A stretch of DNA of 64,000 bases from Bispira polyomma (Eukaryota): positions 36,022,001 through 36,086,000 of the forward strand of contig OZ287758.1 of the NCBI GenBank assembly GCA_965649765.1, written 5' to 3'. Made by a program: the position numbers and the translations under genes. Each line of letters opens with the position of its first letter. The first letter of the stretch is position 1. Under the pieces are notes generated by a model. The model was not told where the DNA came from. It saw only the letters and a list, made by a program, of their open reading frames with translations, and searched no databases. This document shows positions 24,501 through 39,500 of this stretch, in pieces.

Positions 24501-27500
24501 GGGATATATCCTGTTTCCTATGCATCCTTTCTGAAGCAAACCCTCCATGTTGCCAATCCGGATCTCTTCATACTGTTGTGGGTCGAACCATTCAATTAGA
24601 AGGACGTAATGACCAATAATAGTAGAAAGTTATTGGCAATATAGCGAGTCACAAGGGCGTATGTTATTAGTTGTAGCTTACACAGAGATAAGCCCTTCTG
24701 TGGGAGAGACGAGTTGTGATGGAAGTCATTGGGAAAAGAGGTGAACCAATAAGGGTGTATCTTGTTTACTGTTCTATGACATCAAGTTAAGCCCTTCTGT
24801 GAGTGATGAGTAGTTATGATAGATTGCTGACAAGGTGCAGAGAGTTTGACATTGTCCATAATAAGCTGGACTTATCTCCCAACACACACACACCACCCAT
24901 ATGCAGAGGGAGAAATAAGACCCAGTTCAAACAAGCCCTCAAAAACAACATCATCTCTGTCCAAATAATGGGCCAAATAATAAGTTCTTAAACTCCAGGG
25001 CCCCATATTCTCCAATGAAACTCAAAGTCAACTTAAATGAAGGCTATCTGTTATTAGTGTACATGGAAATGACCTATAGTTGTAACCATTCATTTTAATA
25101 GAGTTTTAAGTGCTGAATTCAAATATGTAGTCAGAGTTTTTTTTACCTTATCTTCACTTTAACCTGAGATATTTGTTCCTCAGACTTGAATTTGAGCTGT
25201 TTGGAGCTTGATGAAGCATCAGGTCTTCTCCAAAGACACTTAAACTCCAGTTAATGTCTTGTAGACAAGAAATATGCAGATATATGCAAATGACCTATAT
25301 TTGTGACTATTGATATGTAAAGAGCTTGCAGGGCTAAATTGAAATATGTCAATCATATTTGAACTTGCTTCATTCTAACCAGAGATAAGTCACCAATGAC
25401 TTGAGATTGAGTCTGGGTTGAGCATGAGATTGTTTGTAGAGGGTCATATACTAAACCTTTTAGGACAATTTCATTGTTTGGATAGGGTTATATATTCATT
25501 TATTTCGTACCATCAATACAATTAACATACAGGGTTAAGGAGGCAGGGTCCGTTGATTTTCATTTGCATGATATTATAATTGTTCAAGGTTTATTTCAAT
25601 GCCATCAATTTTTGTTGCCATGAGTGTACCTTATAGACGCCATACTAAACTATAAAACTAGCAATGGACTGCTGGTATTCAATCTTACTCTTAAATATTT
25701 CTTTCGATCAATTAGATTGGCTGGAAATATTGTTTCAATGAATTTGATTGAATGTGATTTGGCTTAGACTTCTATTAAGAATTTTTTCTAAGATTATTGG
25801 TAAATGTGTTCCCTGGTTTACATTCCATGTAAAGCAAGTTATATTTGCTACCACATGAGCCATCCATTCATTGATCTTCAGCATTTAAAAGCATAAGAAA
25901 ACAAGGCCATATAAAACCAGGCCCTTGTGTAAAATAAGAACCTAATGCAAACAAGTCCAGGGTTCACTGGCACTATATAGATATACCTGGGTAATCCTAA
26001 TAATTGTAGTAGTAAATATACCTAGACCACCACATTACCATGGCTTGCGTCAAGTACCTGGCAAACATTCCCACATAAAGAAACAAATAGGATTCAAACC
26101 CACATTGGTAGGAGGCCAGTGATTGTGAAGCTAACACTACTAACCACTAGGCCACCGTGGACACAACTCGCCATTAAAGAGAAACTGATGAGTAAAATCT
26201 TCACCCAGTGATCCAAGCATCCCCAAATTATTACTACACAGAACTTTATAATGTCTGCTTAATGGACACTATTTGTGTTTCCTTTTGATGTGCTTGGTGG
26301 GTCAGTCCCTGTGTGTGTATATATAGACACACTACTATAATATCACACATAAAAAGGGGATTAAATCTGGTATTTTTATGGCATAAGATCAAAGCAGCTG
26401 ACTTGATGAGTTTCCTGTATGGGAGGGTTTGGGCTGCAGTTTGTACAAGTCTGAAATAGGAACCGGTGAGTTTCCTTCTCAGTGGGCCACATACCAGGGG
26501 CTCTATTCACAAAACAATATTAGAATGTAAATCTTACAATTAAATTTTCTTAATGTCTCAATCTTATTTTAAAACCATATGTTCAGCCAATAAAATTGCT
26601 TGAGACAAAAATTTTGAGAAAAAGAATCTTTGTGAATACCAGCCCTTATTGACAGGTTTACAGGTGTCAGGGTGTGGTCTTAATGTCACAAATTGTTTTG
26701 CAGTTACTGAGAACTACACTTAAGTTTACCATTATATTTACAAGTGGTGGTTCTATAAACTATTTAGTAAGACGTGAGGTACACATTCAAGTCAGGATTT
26801 GATACTAGACACGTTTAGGGCAAATTTATTTTCTATAAATTGGCAATATAAGGATAATTCTGTAATTTAGCAAAACAAGATTACTTTCTGCATCTTTAAA
26901 GGCTCTATCAATTTTGTGTATATTTAGGTGTATAAAAGGGGCTTTATACCCCCCCCCCCTCCCAATCCTGTGTCAAGCAGTGCCCCAGTTAAACTGGTGT
27001 TTATGACCCAGCAGCAATAAAAAACTGGTTTATGTGGCATTTCTTACTGATCAGACACCCCCAGCTTGAAATGCATTTTACTCTTATTTGATTGGTCATT
27101 GATTGATGAACATGGGACTACTTTGGGCAGAGGGTGGGTGGCCAGAGGGGGGGGGGGGGGGGGTGTGTAATAAGGGATTTCAGCTAACTAAGAGGTACAT
27201 GTAATCATCATGCCTAGGCGGGTCTCGGATTTTGTAAAATAGGGGGAGGTGATTCCACTACTAGAAGAGGTAAAATTTAATTGTTAGAATCCCATTTTCC
27301 ACAGGGAAAATATAATTTAAAAGTGGTCCCGAGCTTTTGGATCCCACCCCCTTGATATGAGACTCTCACCAGAAAACTTTCAAGAACTTTTAAAGCCAGA
27401 AGTCTAAGGGCTTAAGGCCTTTACACAACACCGACTACATACCAAGACACAATACAACAAAATATTAGAAATAAGATAAGATATAATAAGATTATATAGA

Positions 27501-30500
27501 CTGCACCCTACACTGCTCCACACAGCAATTGAACTTGGATAAATCTCTAAAAAATAATTTTTGTTATGCTGTATTTACCTTACTAATGTGTACAACGAAA
27601 TAAATCTCAAAACCTATCTCTCACTATGTTACAACTTCTACTTGACTTTCAACCTTCAAACTAATTTCATCGAAATTATTCATGCTTGACTTGGACTGTG
27701 TCTAGCACGGGACTGCTACCTCAGTATTAGTAAAGTTTTGTCCACCTTAAAAATCCCTGTAGTCATTATGCAAATCACTCTCTCTTAACAACCAATCAGA
27801 TATCAGTATTTGGCATCCATGTTTATTATACCTTCAAAGTCAAACAGTAAGGACGTTAAAATTATTTTACTTCCCATCACCCTTCCTTTACCACAACAAA
27901 CTTTATCTATCCTGGTATAGTTGCTCAAATATACAGCTATTGTTAATATGTGTTTTATATGGATTAAGTAGTGTTTGATGTGAACAATACTGTTGTGCCA
28001 TGTCATATTGTCCCCTGTACTGCCGTGTAGTGGGCTGTGTACGAAAGCCTTTACTTTAACAAATTTTCAAAGGCTATAAAGTTGACAAAACTAAATATGT
28101 GGATTTCATAGAAATTAACACAAACAGGCAATAGAGACGGACATGTAGTCACTTCCTGTGGGGCATTAGTCCGGAAAAGTGAGAATATCACATTTTTTTT
28201 TGCTTAAAAGATTTAATACAGCAATAACTCAGAAGGTCAGGGGTGAGATGGGGGTGGGTGGTTGGGGGGGGGGGGGTGCCCTGGTTATCGACATTGTATT
28301 ACCCTTGTCAACCTCAAGGGTAACAATTCTCACTTTTGACGAGTGAAGGAAGGGAAGGGGTGTGTGGATAGATTTGATTTTACATAAAAGAAGGAGTTTT
28401 TGTTTCGAACATAATCAGGTTTCTGGTAATTAAAGGTGTATTATATATCCCATATTCTGGTTATTTCATCTCTCTCATATTCTGGTTATTTTTCTCTCTA
28501 CTTGGTTAATTGACCTACTATAGGGTTATTTTTACAAAAGAAAGATTATAATTAAGACCTTGCTTTAGACTTTATTAAGAGTTTAAGTATAGGGTCTTAA
28601 GATAAATATCCAGTAATCCCCAATGGACAATCAAGCATATTCTTATTCAGGGGCTTCAGCTTGTTTTAAAGATTATCGAAGAAAATGCAGAATTGGGACC
28701 TACATTGAAATAAAGCAAAAACTAGTAAAAAAAATAGATAAAACTGGGGCAAACCCCAAGTTGGTGTAGTCACGGTGGGTCTGGGGGGAAAAGACAGAGG
28801 GAACCTTGTGACGTCACAGTGATAACTGGAACAAGAGCTGGGGCCTGCATTTATTAAAGGTCAGACACTGACACAATTACCTAGACTCAAATACCATACA
28901 CACATATATATATATATATATAGATTTTGTTAATTCGTAGAAATAAACCTGGACATGTTACCCTTCATTTTGATAAAGCTTTCAGCGAGGAACTCAAATA
29001 TGTAATCATACTTTATATATACATATTACTTGTACACAAAAGAGAAAAACAGCAGGGCAGATATTGTGGGTTTAAGTTCATGAACCTTGAGATTCAATAC
29101 GTGACTCTGGATGTCATATCCTTTAGATCAAAGACCTAGAGAGGCTTAAATCATTCACATGTGATGTGTAAAACAATGGGTGTTACTGTATGTTATTCAA
29201 GGCTTTTCTTTTCTCAGATATTCTATGTTTGGGTTGAAATATGATATCATAGTAGAACACCGAACCTCTTGTGTTCTAAGTATGATGTTACCATGTGGTG
29301 GTCCAGGTAGATTTAATACTACAACTACTACTAGTTACTGGGTGTATATATGTATATGTGTGATGGTACAAAGTCCAATTTGGTAGAATTTCAGATTCTA
29401 CCGGGAATTGGATTTCTACTGGTAGAAAGTCCAATTTTGTTTATTAAAATAAGAAAAAATCAAATTTTACATTACTGACACAATACTCTTTTTTGGTATC
29501 ATAAATAAGATCACTTTTTCAAAGTATCTTATACTTTACTGACAAAGAAATTATTGTTGTAAAATGTTGTAAAAACACTGGGAATCGTGTTTTTTCCACA
29601 GTCTTATAATATGATAATATAGTTGATGAAATTGTTGCCAAAATATACTCTGTATAAGTATGTAATACTTTTCAAAAAAAAAAAAAAAAAAATATTCAGA
29701 TAACATTGATTAGTCAAAGTATCTTTTAGTATTTAATAATGTCCTGAATTTATTTAAACAATAAAACACCAATCACAGGTTGTGTTTTCTTTTTGTTTCT
29801 TTAAATGTTCTAATTGGACTTTCTACCAATAGAATTTCAGATTCTACCAGATTGTACTTTCTACCATGACATGGACATACATCTGTCAGAGAGCCCTGGA
29901 CATTTTTTCATTGTTCCTATTTTAAATCCACTCCCTGGATATTTATGACGGGGGCACGGAATCAAATTGGCGTTAACCTTTTCAACCCCTAGGCGTCAAC
30001 CCAGTAGCTAACAACATTTGTTACTCCCATAACCTATGTCTGTCTGTAAGCAATGGACACCCCTAAAATATTATTTCATTTTCCTTCAGTTCCTCGCAAT
30101 AGGAAATTGTTAGTATAGCAGACTTCCCTGCTTAAAATTATATGTGAGGCCATGACTGAAAGACGGAAGTAGTTTGTGGTGTGTGTTTTAATGTGCTATC
30201 TGTGACTTATTACTCCAAAAATTCTCTTCAGTTCCAGGTAATAGTTTTCGCTTGAGGTCGAAAGGGTTAATGTCCTATTTCCATGTATGCGTAAACAGCA
30301 TGTTTAGATGTCGGATTTAGAGCGGTTATAAACCCTTTCCTGACTGTAACAGTCAACTGCATCAGTTACTTTCTTCCCCTAACTGAAGAGAGAGGCTTTT
30401 TTTTTTTTTTTTGTTTATTTTTTTCTTTCATTGACATATACATTAGCACAATTCACAAAAACACAGTTACAATAAAGAACACACTGTTACAATACAATAA

Positions 30501-33500
30501 AGACAAAAAACCAAACACAACAAGATACCAAAAACCCTCTCCCCCCCCCCCCCACCCCCAATTTTTTTTTTTGAAGAGAGAGGCTTAAGGATGAGCTTTT
30601 ATCAACGTCCCCAAGGCTCTTTAACCTGCCTCTGGGGACAGGACCCAGTGACAGAAAACCGCCATTTGAAGTGGTCATCCGAGCCACTAGGCAAACACAT
30701 GCACACATCTTGCTCAAGGATCTTATCCTACCAATGAAACTAGCGGCCAGTACCAGGATTAGAACCAGGATAACCAGAAACAAAATGGTAAAAGAGTTTA
30801 TGAAAATATCAGACATAAAATAAGAAACTTATGCCTTCAAATGCAATATTATAAAATACCTGTCCTTGCTTCATTCATGGAAAGAATTGATGTAGACATT
30901 TTGAAATGTGATTATCACTGTCATTTAGCATCCATTACAAATGGATGTAAAAAGCTTATCATATGGGTGAAACTTTGATCCCACAAATAATATAGTATCA
31001 GCAACGAGTGGGGAAAATAAGTCGTAAAAGATACACAACGTTTAATGAAATTACCTCTAAATCAGCTGACAGACAGTAAACTATAATATTTTTAATACAA
31101 ATGAAATAGCAAAATATTGAAACTCCAGTAACCATAATTTGCAGCAACCACAATTCGATAAAAGAATATTTCTATTGGGATCAAATACTTTAATGAGTGA
31201 TATCTGGTATATGTGTAGTGACATTTTAGACTGTTGCTTGAGAATGACACCTTCTATTAATATCCTCTAATGGTATTTAGCCTGTCACTGATGGTTGGAC
31301 CCAAATGACAGAGACACCACCATTTCTAAGGTCTTATCGGAACCTCTATGCATCAGCTTGTACATGGTCACCACTTACTGTGATCAAACTAAGGTTATCT
31401 GTGTGCCCTAAGCAAGTGTGTCACACAATATGCCACAGTGACAGATACACTATATAGGTTCTAGATTACTACCACTATATATAGAATATGACATGGTAAT
31501 AACAGTGGCAGTATATTCACCTTTCTCTTCACTTCCAAGTCCTATGTGATACACAATTACTAAGCCCCTGTCCCCTAGCTCTTTAAACTAATGGGGCACT
31601 GTTTCTCTGAAGCCTTTTTAGCATTACCAGTAGTCTACCCCTTTGATCTGTGACTGGAACTGATTGCCCCATTAACAGTCTTCTGTAAAACATAGGGAGG
31701 CTGGGGGGGGGGGGGGTAGCTGGGGATTGAAAGACATACACTACAGTATGGGAAACCCTCTGTCAAAGGGCTACTGTCTGGAAACAGTGGCCATATGTGT
31801 CTCCCACTTTGTGTTTGAACAAAAGCTACCTATAATGGAGTGGTAGTTAATGGTGGGATCATAAATGACCTAGAAATAGTTAAAAACTCGAGAAGGGGGT
31901 AACATTAAATGGTTTTACCAGACAAAGCAAGAGAGAGGCAATAGACTCTTTGTTAGTTCTGCTAAACCCTCGAGGAAGGCTGGAACCAGAGATTTCTCTA
32001 TTGCAGCTCCTTTGTTATGGAATAGTGATCTAGTCGATCTTTGGTCATCAGAAACACTTATCGGTTTTAGGAAAAAGCTTAAAACCTATCTTTTCCACCT
32101 GACCTTCCAACCATAGCTTCCCTCCTTGCTATGTTCATGGATCACACAATTGAATCACTGATTCTTCTGTTGTGTGTTAGAAGATGCCTAGCATCAATAA
32201 AGCGCGTTAAAAATGCATAATAAGAATAATAACTTTCAGCCTCATGTTTAATTTTCAAACAGGGGATTCTGTTTCACTAACAATTTCATATTGCAAAGAA
32301 GGGAAGGGAGATAAAGTACTAATGTCAGGGGTGTCAACTGTTTACCGAAAGGTTCTGGGAGTAAGAAATATTGTCCGCTGCTACCGACAACCTAGGGGTC
32401 AAAAAGGTTCAACAACTTTTACACAGTGACTTATTAATAGCCTGAACTTATGCCTAAGTCTAAGTTAAATCTGGAGTTTGAGAGAAAGAGGGGGGGGGGG
32501 TATAAGCCCTCTGTAAACATTCTCAAAATACAATTTCTAATATTTTCAATGTCGAATCTATAAGCCAAAATCATTGTTTGAGACAGTATTTTTAGCCAAT
32601 CAATGTGGTGGAGACGAGTATTTACCAATATATCTCTCTTTCCAGCTGTCCTACTCCAGTGCTAGCCCGGCTCTCTCAGACAAGTCCAAGTATCGCCGTT
32701 TTTATCGTGTCTTCCCTCCGGAGTCCTCCTTTAACCAAGCCAAGCTGGATCTTCTGCAGACCTATGGCTGGAAGAAAGTGGGCGCTTTGTACCAGGAGGA
32801 TGAGGCCCTCTTCAAACTGGTAAGGAACAGTTCATAAAGGTTCAAGTGCTCTTGTAAAATGCTGGTCTATGTGACATGGCCGATAAGCACTATTTGTGTG
32901 TATGTTTATGGATATTAGGAAAGCTGTATAAAGTATCGTTCACATACACATGAGGTTATGCTATTCCAGTAATATTTTGGCTAGGAGACTTCATCATAGT
33001 AATTGATTACTTTGGTTTTACAGCCGTAAACTTTGCATTTTGCTATCGATTTTAATAATTCTTGTACACATGCCTATTGTTTTCAGAATTAAATGGTGCC
33101 TTTTAATACAAAGTATAATTATATATACCAGGAAATATGAAGTTTTATTTGTTTGCTATACACGTAGTTCGTTAAAATTGCTCACAGTATTATTTTTGAC
33201 AGATTCGCAATCTGTACTGGTATACATGCTGTGTAAGGAATAAGGAATATAAGGAATATATAATTTCGTTTAAAACTAAGTTGTCACACTGGTTCACCCA
33301 ACCGTACACAGTATGGAATCCGGACATTAGACCTTGGCATTAGCGATCTGCATCACTTTAGTGTTGTACAAAGATCTCATTTAAAAATCACTGAAGTGAG
33401 ATCTAGGCATAAAAAAAGAACGTTTAAATCAAAACAGAATCCCATAATGTTTTTGTCTTTTAGACAACAGATGACTTTATTAGCAAGGCCAGAGCACGTG

Positions 33501-36500
33501 ATGTGCAGATTCTGACGTCAGAGGGGTTTGGAAAGAGCCCACAGCTTCAGATAGCTAACTTAAAGGTAGGCATACATGATGTAATGTTGTAGTGTACATG
33601 GAAATGTATGTACATGATCACTTTGACAGATTTGTTACATTGAACAGTCAGTTGTTGTTTGAAGGTTCGCGTTTTTTAAATGTGTCATGCTTATTTTTAT
33701 TTATCACACGCATGTTCAGAGAGCAGCAAATACTATATGTATATTAATTGACACTAGTTTTTTTATAGGTTGTTTTCTCAGTGGTAGTTTTTTTATCCCC
33801 CAAATAGTGTCATAATACATGTCTATGGTAGGGTTGTAATACATAATAAATTGTATTGAATTAATGAATTAAACCTTTGGCAAATGCATTACATCTCCAA
33901 CTTCACTTGCATCATAGTGTAAACCTATATACGAGCAGTAAGTTAAACCAATTGTATGATATCAAATGTGTGCCATCATTTGGTATTATTATTATAACAC
34001 ACACTAGCCTTTAGTTTATATTTGTTAATAAATATTGCTGTGCTATATTCTGATAACCTAGTTCTTATGCTACAAATATTTCACCAGCTTAATACTGCCT
34101 ATTTGTATAACTATGACTATGTTGTGTACCTACATCTTTTTCTAGAAACACGGTGCTCGAATCATCATAGGTAACTTCTATGAGAACAAAGCCAGACTGG
34201 TGTTCTGTGAGGCTTACAAACAGCAGATGTATGGACCCAAGTATGTCTGGATCATCACAGGTTAGTTTGGGTTTGGGTTTATTTAATGCCACTTTCATGG
34301 TTTTTAAGACATTGTCACCTGGTAGTCCACAACAGTTTTTGTTCTCAGGAATCACAGTGTTGCTACACTAGCAGATACACCTCCAGAAATGCAGAACTAT
34401 AAATTTAACTCAATTTGTTTGCAAAAAAGAAACACATTGAGATCATCTTAGACGATATATCAAGAGATGTAAAACCTTTAAATTTTAAGTGAACTGAGAA
34501 CAGGTTTACAGGAAGAGGGGGAAACAGTACTCCTTAATCACCTGACAGGTCCTTTTTGAGAGCATGCCTTGAAGGATGGCAGGATGTTGTATCGGACAAA
34601 GGTTTTCATACAAAATACTGAACAAATTAACTAGCCATAGTGAGTCAGTGTTAGTCGAATGTCTGATACTTAAGTTAAGATGAGGTTTTATTTTGTGAAA
34701 ACATTACTTTCGTAGTGGAGGTAAATAAAAAAATGTAATGCATACTTGGATTTACTTCATGGAGGATTTGGAAACATTAACTCTCCACAGCCTAAATTCT
34801 TAAATTTTACTAACCAACAGTGTTAATTTAAAATCATTTAAATACCTATATGTTGGGATGTCAGCCTCCACATTACATGTCCATGAAAAAACTATACTGC
34901 AAATGCAGCAATATCCTGTTGACAAATGCATCTTTATTGATGTGACATTACCATTAAACATGGCGGTTTATAGTATGAGTTTTATTTATTACCTTATGAT
35001 GATCAAATTACAGATATGTGGGCAATAATCACATGTATACTTAGGAGAAAACATTAGCCTTTTATGGTGTGTACTAAATAATTTGTGTAAAATGTAATTA
35101 TCTGACGACAGTGACATAGTCTCGTTGTCTAAAGCCACAGCAGTGAGTGATCGACTAGGGCCAGTCCTCACATTTGTCACCATATACAAAGGCCCAAGTG
35201 GTTTTTTTTATCAAATGTTATAAAAGTTTAACTTCTTGCTTAAACTTAAATACCATACACAAGGATAGAATCAGATAAACTAGTAAGCATTTATTGTAAT
35301 AGAGATTATAGTCAGAGACTCCAAAATGTAGTCAGGATTTAGATATGTACTAATATTTTTTATACAGAAAGATACAGCAATTTCTATTTTTAGGTTATTA
35401 TAAGTTTGAGTTGCTGACCTTTGGATATGTATATATGAAAAGCCTTAAACTCACTGTCTGCCTTCATATTAGATGTCCTCAGTGAAAGTCTGTTAAATTG
35501 AATCATTGCATGTTCTGGTAATCAACAAAGCAATCTGAGCAATCTATACTTATGGTACTTATGGTATTTTCAGGTGAAGTACTTGTGATAAAACATAAAA
35601 ATGCATTTAAGAATCTTAATAAATACAAACCCAGATCCAGATAAATCATGTAATGAATAATGCCTTTTGTAATGTGTCTGCCATGTTTAGTCAACTGGAT
35701 CCATGCTGCCACTTAAATCCCCCCTCCCATAACCCGCCATCTACCCCACTTCCCTGAAAAAATGTCGTCTGCTGACTGTATGGGCCAGACAGTCATTAAA
35801 CATCAGAAGCTGGTAAAGCTTGAGAACTAAGATCAGACTTAAGAAACCCTTCATCAAATGATTACATTTACATACAGGGTGAAAATCGCTATAGGGTGGC
35901 AAATGGCAACTGTAGCTCATTTAAACAGGTGTTTTGTCAATTTGTACATTTCAAGCTGATTTTTGATTTCAGGTGAAGTTTTACAAAGATGGCCTGATAG
36001 GTTATTTAAGTCTTATTTTCTAAAGTTTACAATTCTACCTCCATCTTCATATTGTTTGCACTTATTTTGGTGACACAAGTCTGATTACATATCTCGGTTT
36101 ATACTGCTGAATGCTCTGCTTCCATTTAAAAAGTCATATGTGTCTGCCCTTATTTTTATGTTAAAATATCTGCCTAAACACATAGGCATATGTGGAACTT
36201 GTTCATGGCTTTAAAATACATAAATTCCAATTTCAGAGAATATTATCCTTTTTAACCATGCTAATTGTCAGACAATAGACACATTACAATTGACATTAGC
36301 ATGTCTGCAGTTACTGTAAAAGAGTCTTAAACTAAAGCCTTGAGTAAAAGTCACCTTAATCTGCTCCTTACACAATTACTTGACACCCTCCCTTTTAGAG
36401 GGTGTATATATCTCACAACTGTCATATTGGAGCATTACCCAGATATAAGCTTTTTTAATTTATTTTAAAAATGTCAGATTTAAACAATGTCATCACAAAG

Positions 36501-39500
36501 ATAAATATATAGCTTTAAAATGATAATTCATGTCTAGGTGATACCGAGTATTTCTAAAACAAAGTTCTCCTCGATAATGCCTGGATGCTAACTCAATGAC
36601 TATGGAAATCAAAAGGTGATATGGGGGACATGGCTTTTTGAAGCTCTTTCAGTAACAGGGTCACTACCTCCCATTGGGGCCAGGCTGGCGGTCCCTTAGT
36701 GGGAATAGATAGTTGGGGGGGAGGGAGTAAACGTCTGGCCATTGTGTATCCAGTCTAACCTGTATATCTAATTGATGCATGTCAGGAAATAATGTAGATA
36801 AACTATCAACTGTTACACTAGCATTCTGTGGGGGGTGGGGTGCAGGTGGATAGAATTTAGAGTTGGTGGAATTTGGAGTTAGATCAAGGATGTGGGGCTT
36901 GCTTTATTTGCCATGCTAAGCAAGTGTCGATATTATGTCATGTCAATGAATGCAAGGTTATTTTAGTGCTTTTTACATGACTAGCAACATATAAGGTTAT
37001 ATCACTGTGACCAGATTAACTCCTTTGACCCTTATGTTGTCGACAAGTAGTCAATGGCATTTCTTACTCCCAGAACCTATGTCTATCGACATGCAGTCGA
37101 CACCCCAAAATATTTTTTTGTTTTGCCTCAGTTCCTTGTAATAGGAAATTGTTAGTATAGTAGACGCTTTTTGTTTAGAAAATTAAACATGAGGCGGTTA
37201 TTAAATACCAGATGTAGTCTGTGGTGAGTGTTTTAGACTGTGTGACCCCAGCTTTTGTAATCTATTAACAAAAAATATCATTCAGTTCTCCCCAAAATTT
37301 TTCTGTCTTGGGATCGAAAGGGTTAATTGGTGCAGGAGTTCACTACAACCGTGATGTAAAGCACCGAACTGTATCCAATACCCTGACATACTTTACCATA
37401 TAAAGGAAGAAGTCAGATTAGATTCCATGTCATTGACAAGTTCATGAACAGATGTACCAAGGGTGATTGTAAACTGTGCATAATAGCATTTGGGGCAATA
37501 TGACAAGCGGTAAATCCATACCTTTACTATTTCCCTAAAACCAATGCCCTCATATATGCAAAATTTGGTTTACTGTTCAATGGATTATCAGTGACAAAGT
37601 CTACCCCTGAAGTTCTTATAATCTTACAAATTAGTGAATACTATAACTTAAGCATCCATAATGTTCTTGTGAAGGTTTTAGTAGTTTAATCTTTCTGAAA
37701 TTCATAGTATCAACTTGTATTAAAAATGGTAAAACCATAATATCCTCATGAAATGGCTCCATAGTTAGATAATTTAGCTAGTATAAAAATTTAGTTAGTA
37801 TAAAATCCATAATATTCATTTGTATTTGGTTAAAAAATATTTAAAACTATAATTTTCACTTACATATTTTGACAATAACATTTGGTTTCACGCATTCAAA
37901 TCCATAATATCATCCTGCAAATGTATACAGTTAAGTCAGAGCACAATACATAGTATTAAAATACGTAAATGCATAAAGTATATTAAACAGTTAAAAATAC
38001 AATGTTCTTGTCCCGGTTTCTACAGTTAAGTCTCTAAATAATACATATAATATTATTTGCATGACAGCACAAAAATTATTTTAAATTTTTTAATCAATAA
38101 TGTCTTCCTGTAGGTGTTTACAATCATGGTTGCATACAATACAAAAATTATGGCACATAATTTCATTCCGCATTTTAAAACCGTAATACCCTTGTCCACA
38201 GTTAATTCTGTAAATATAATTACCAGTGTTTTAGTTACAAGAAGTTATAAAAGTTAGAAAAATACTTAAAACCATAGTGCCATCCTGTGCCATTGTGCAA
38301 ATTGTATTGCATTAATTTGCTTCTATAGCATGGTACAAAAATATTGTATTGCATTCTGTTGTATTATATATTTTTAACATGCCTTTTTGATGCGATTTAT
38401 CTTCTGAAGTGTAATAGCCAAATCAATCAGCCTATCATGTGTTCTACAACATAGTCTAAGTCGTCACCAGTAGGCAATGGCATGTTCACATCTTGTTTAA
38501 CGATGTTATATATATATCACACATGAACCTAGCAGCATCAGCAGGTGTTGAACCAGGGACCTTCAGATCACTAGCCCAATCTCCTAACCACAAGACAAAA
38601 AACTCAAAAAGATACCTATGAAAACAACTATACTATCCTCTTGTAGGTTTCTACAGCCCGGCGTGGTGGCGTAGTTGGAGTAACGATGATCCCCACGAGT
38701 GTACTACAGCCCAGCTAGAAGAGGCCATACAGGGCTACTTCACTGCTGACGCCCTGCCACTGAGTTTGTCAGAGAAACCTGGCATCTCGGGAAAGGTGAG
38801 GCTCAAATAGTGGTGTATTCTATTTCTTGACTGTTGGACATTTTTTGGCTGTTGAGCACATATCGTATTTGCTTGACCATTTTGAACTTTTAAACTGAAT
38901 ACAGGAATTGTGGAAATGCATTGAAATAGGTGTAATTGGTGCTTTCACAATGTGAAACAGAAGAACTCCTAAATACCTTGAATTCTACCTTGGCCCTTGT
39001 CCCTCCATCTACCAAATTTTATGTAAATTTAATCCAGTAATCCTAATCTTGACAAATGCATAAATTGACACAGGTTAAAACAAAACCTCTCTTCAATTGT
39101 ATGAACCTTTTTTTATCCGCCCCCCCCCCTAAAAAAAATCCAAAAAAAACCCCCAAAAACACTATGTTCGGATGATACAGATGTTTTATTGTCCGATGTC
39201 ATAAACCTTTTTATGGTCTTTATCCTTTCATAAAATTTTGATCTTAATTATTAGCTATGACAAAATATCACCAAAAGTCAGATTTTCTTCGATCCCAACA
39301 ATGTTTACTTGAAATTACCAAAAATTAAATAAAAAATCCATTAAGGGCAGCGGTGGTCTATTGGCCGGAAGTTCTTGTTAATAGTCACTGGTCTCTCATT
39401 TATGTGGGTTCAAATCATATTTTTTCCTTCATGTGGGTAAGTTTGGGTTAGGTAATTGCACTTCTAACCACTAGGTCACCGCTGCCCTAATTGCCCAAGA

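Noticed and set aside
26185-26215. ctgatgag hammerhead-like core
   Set aside because: No stem II, downstream GAAA or closing helices found.
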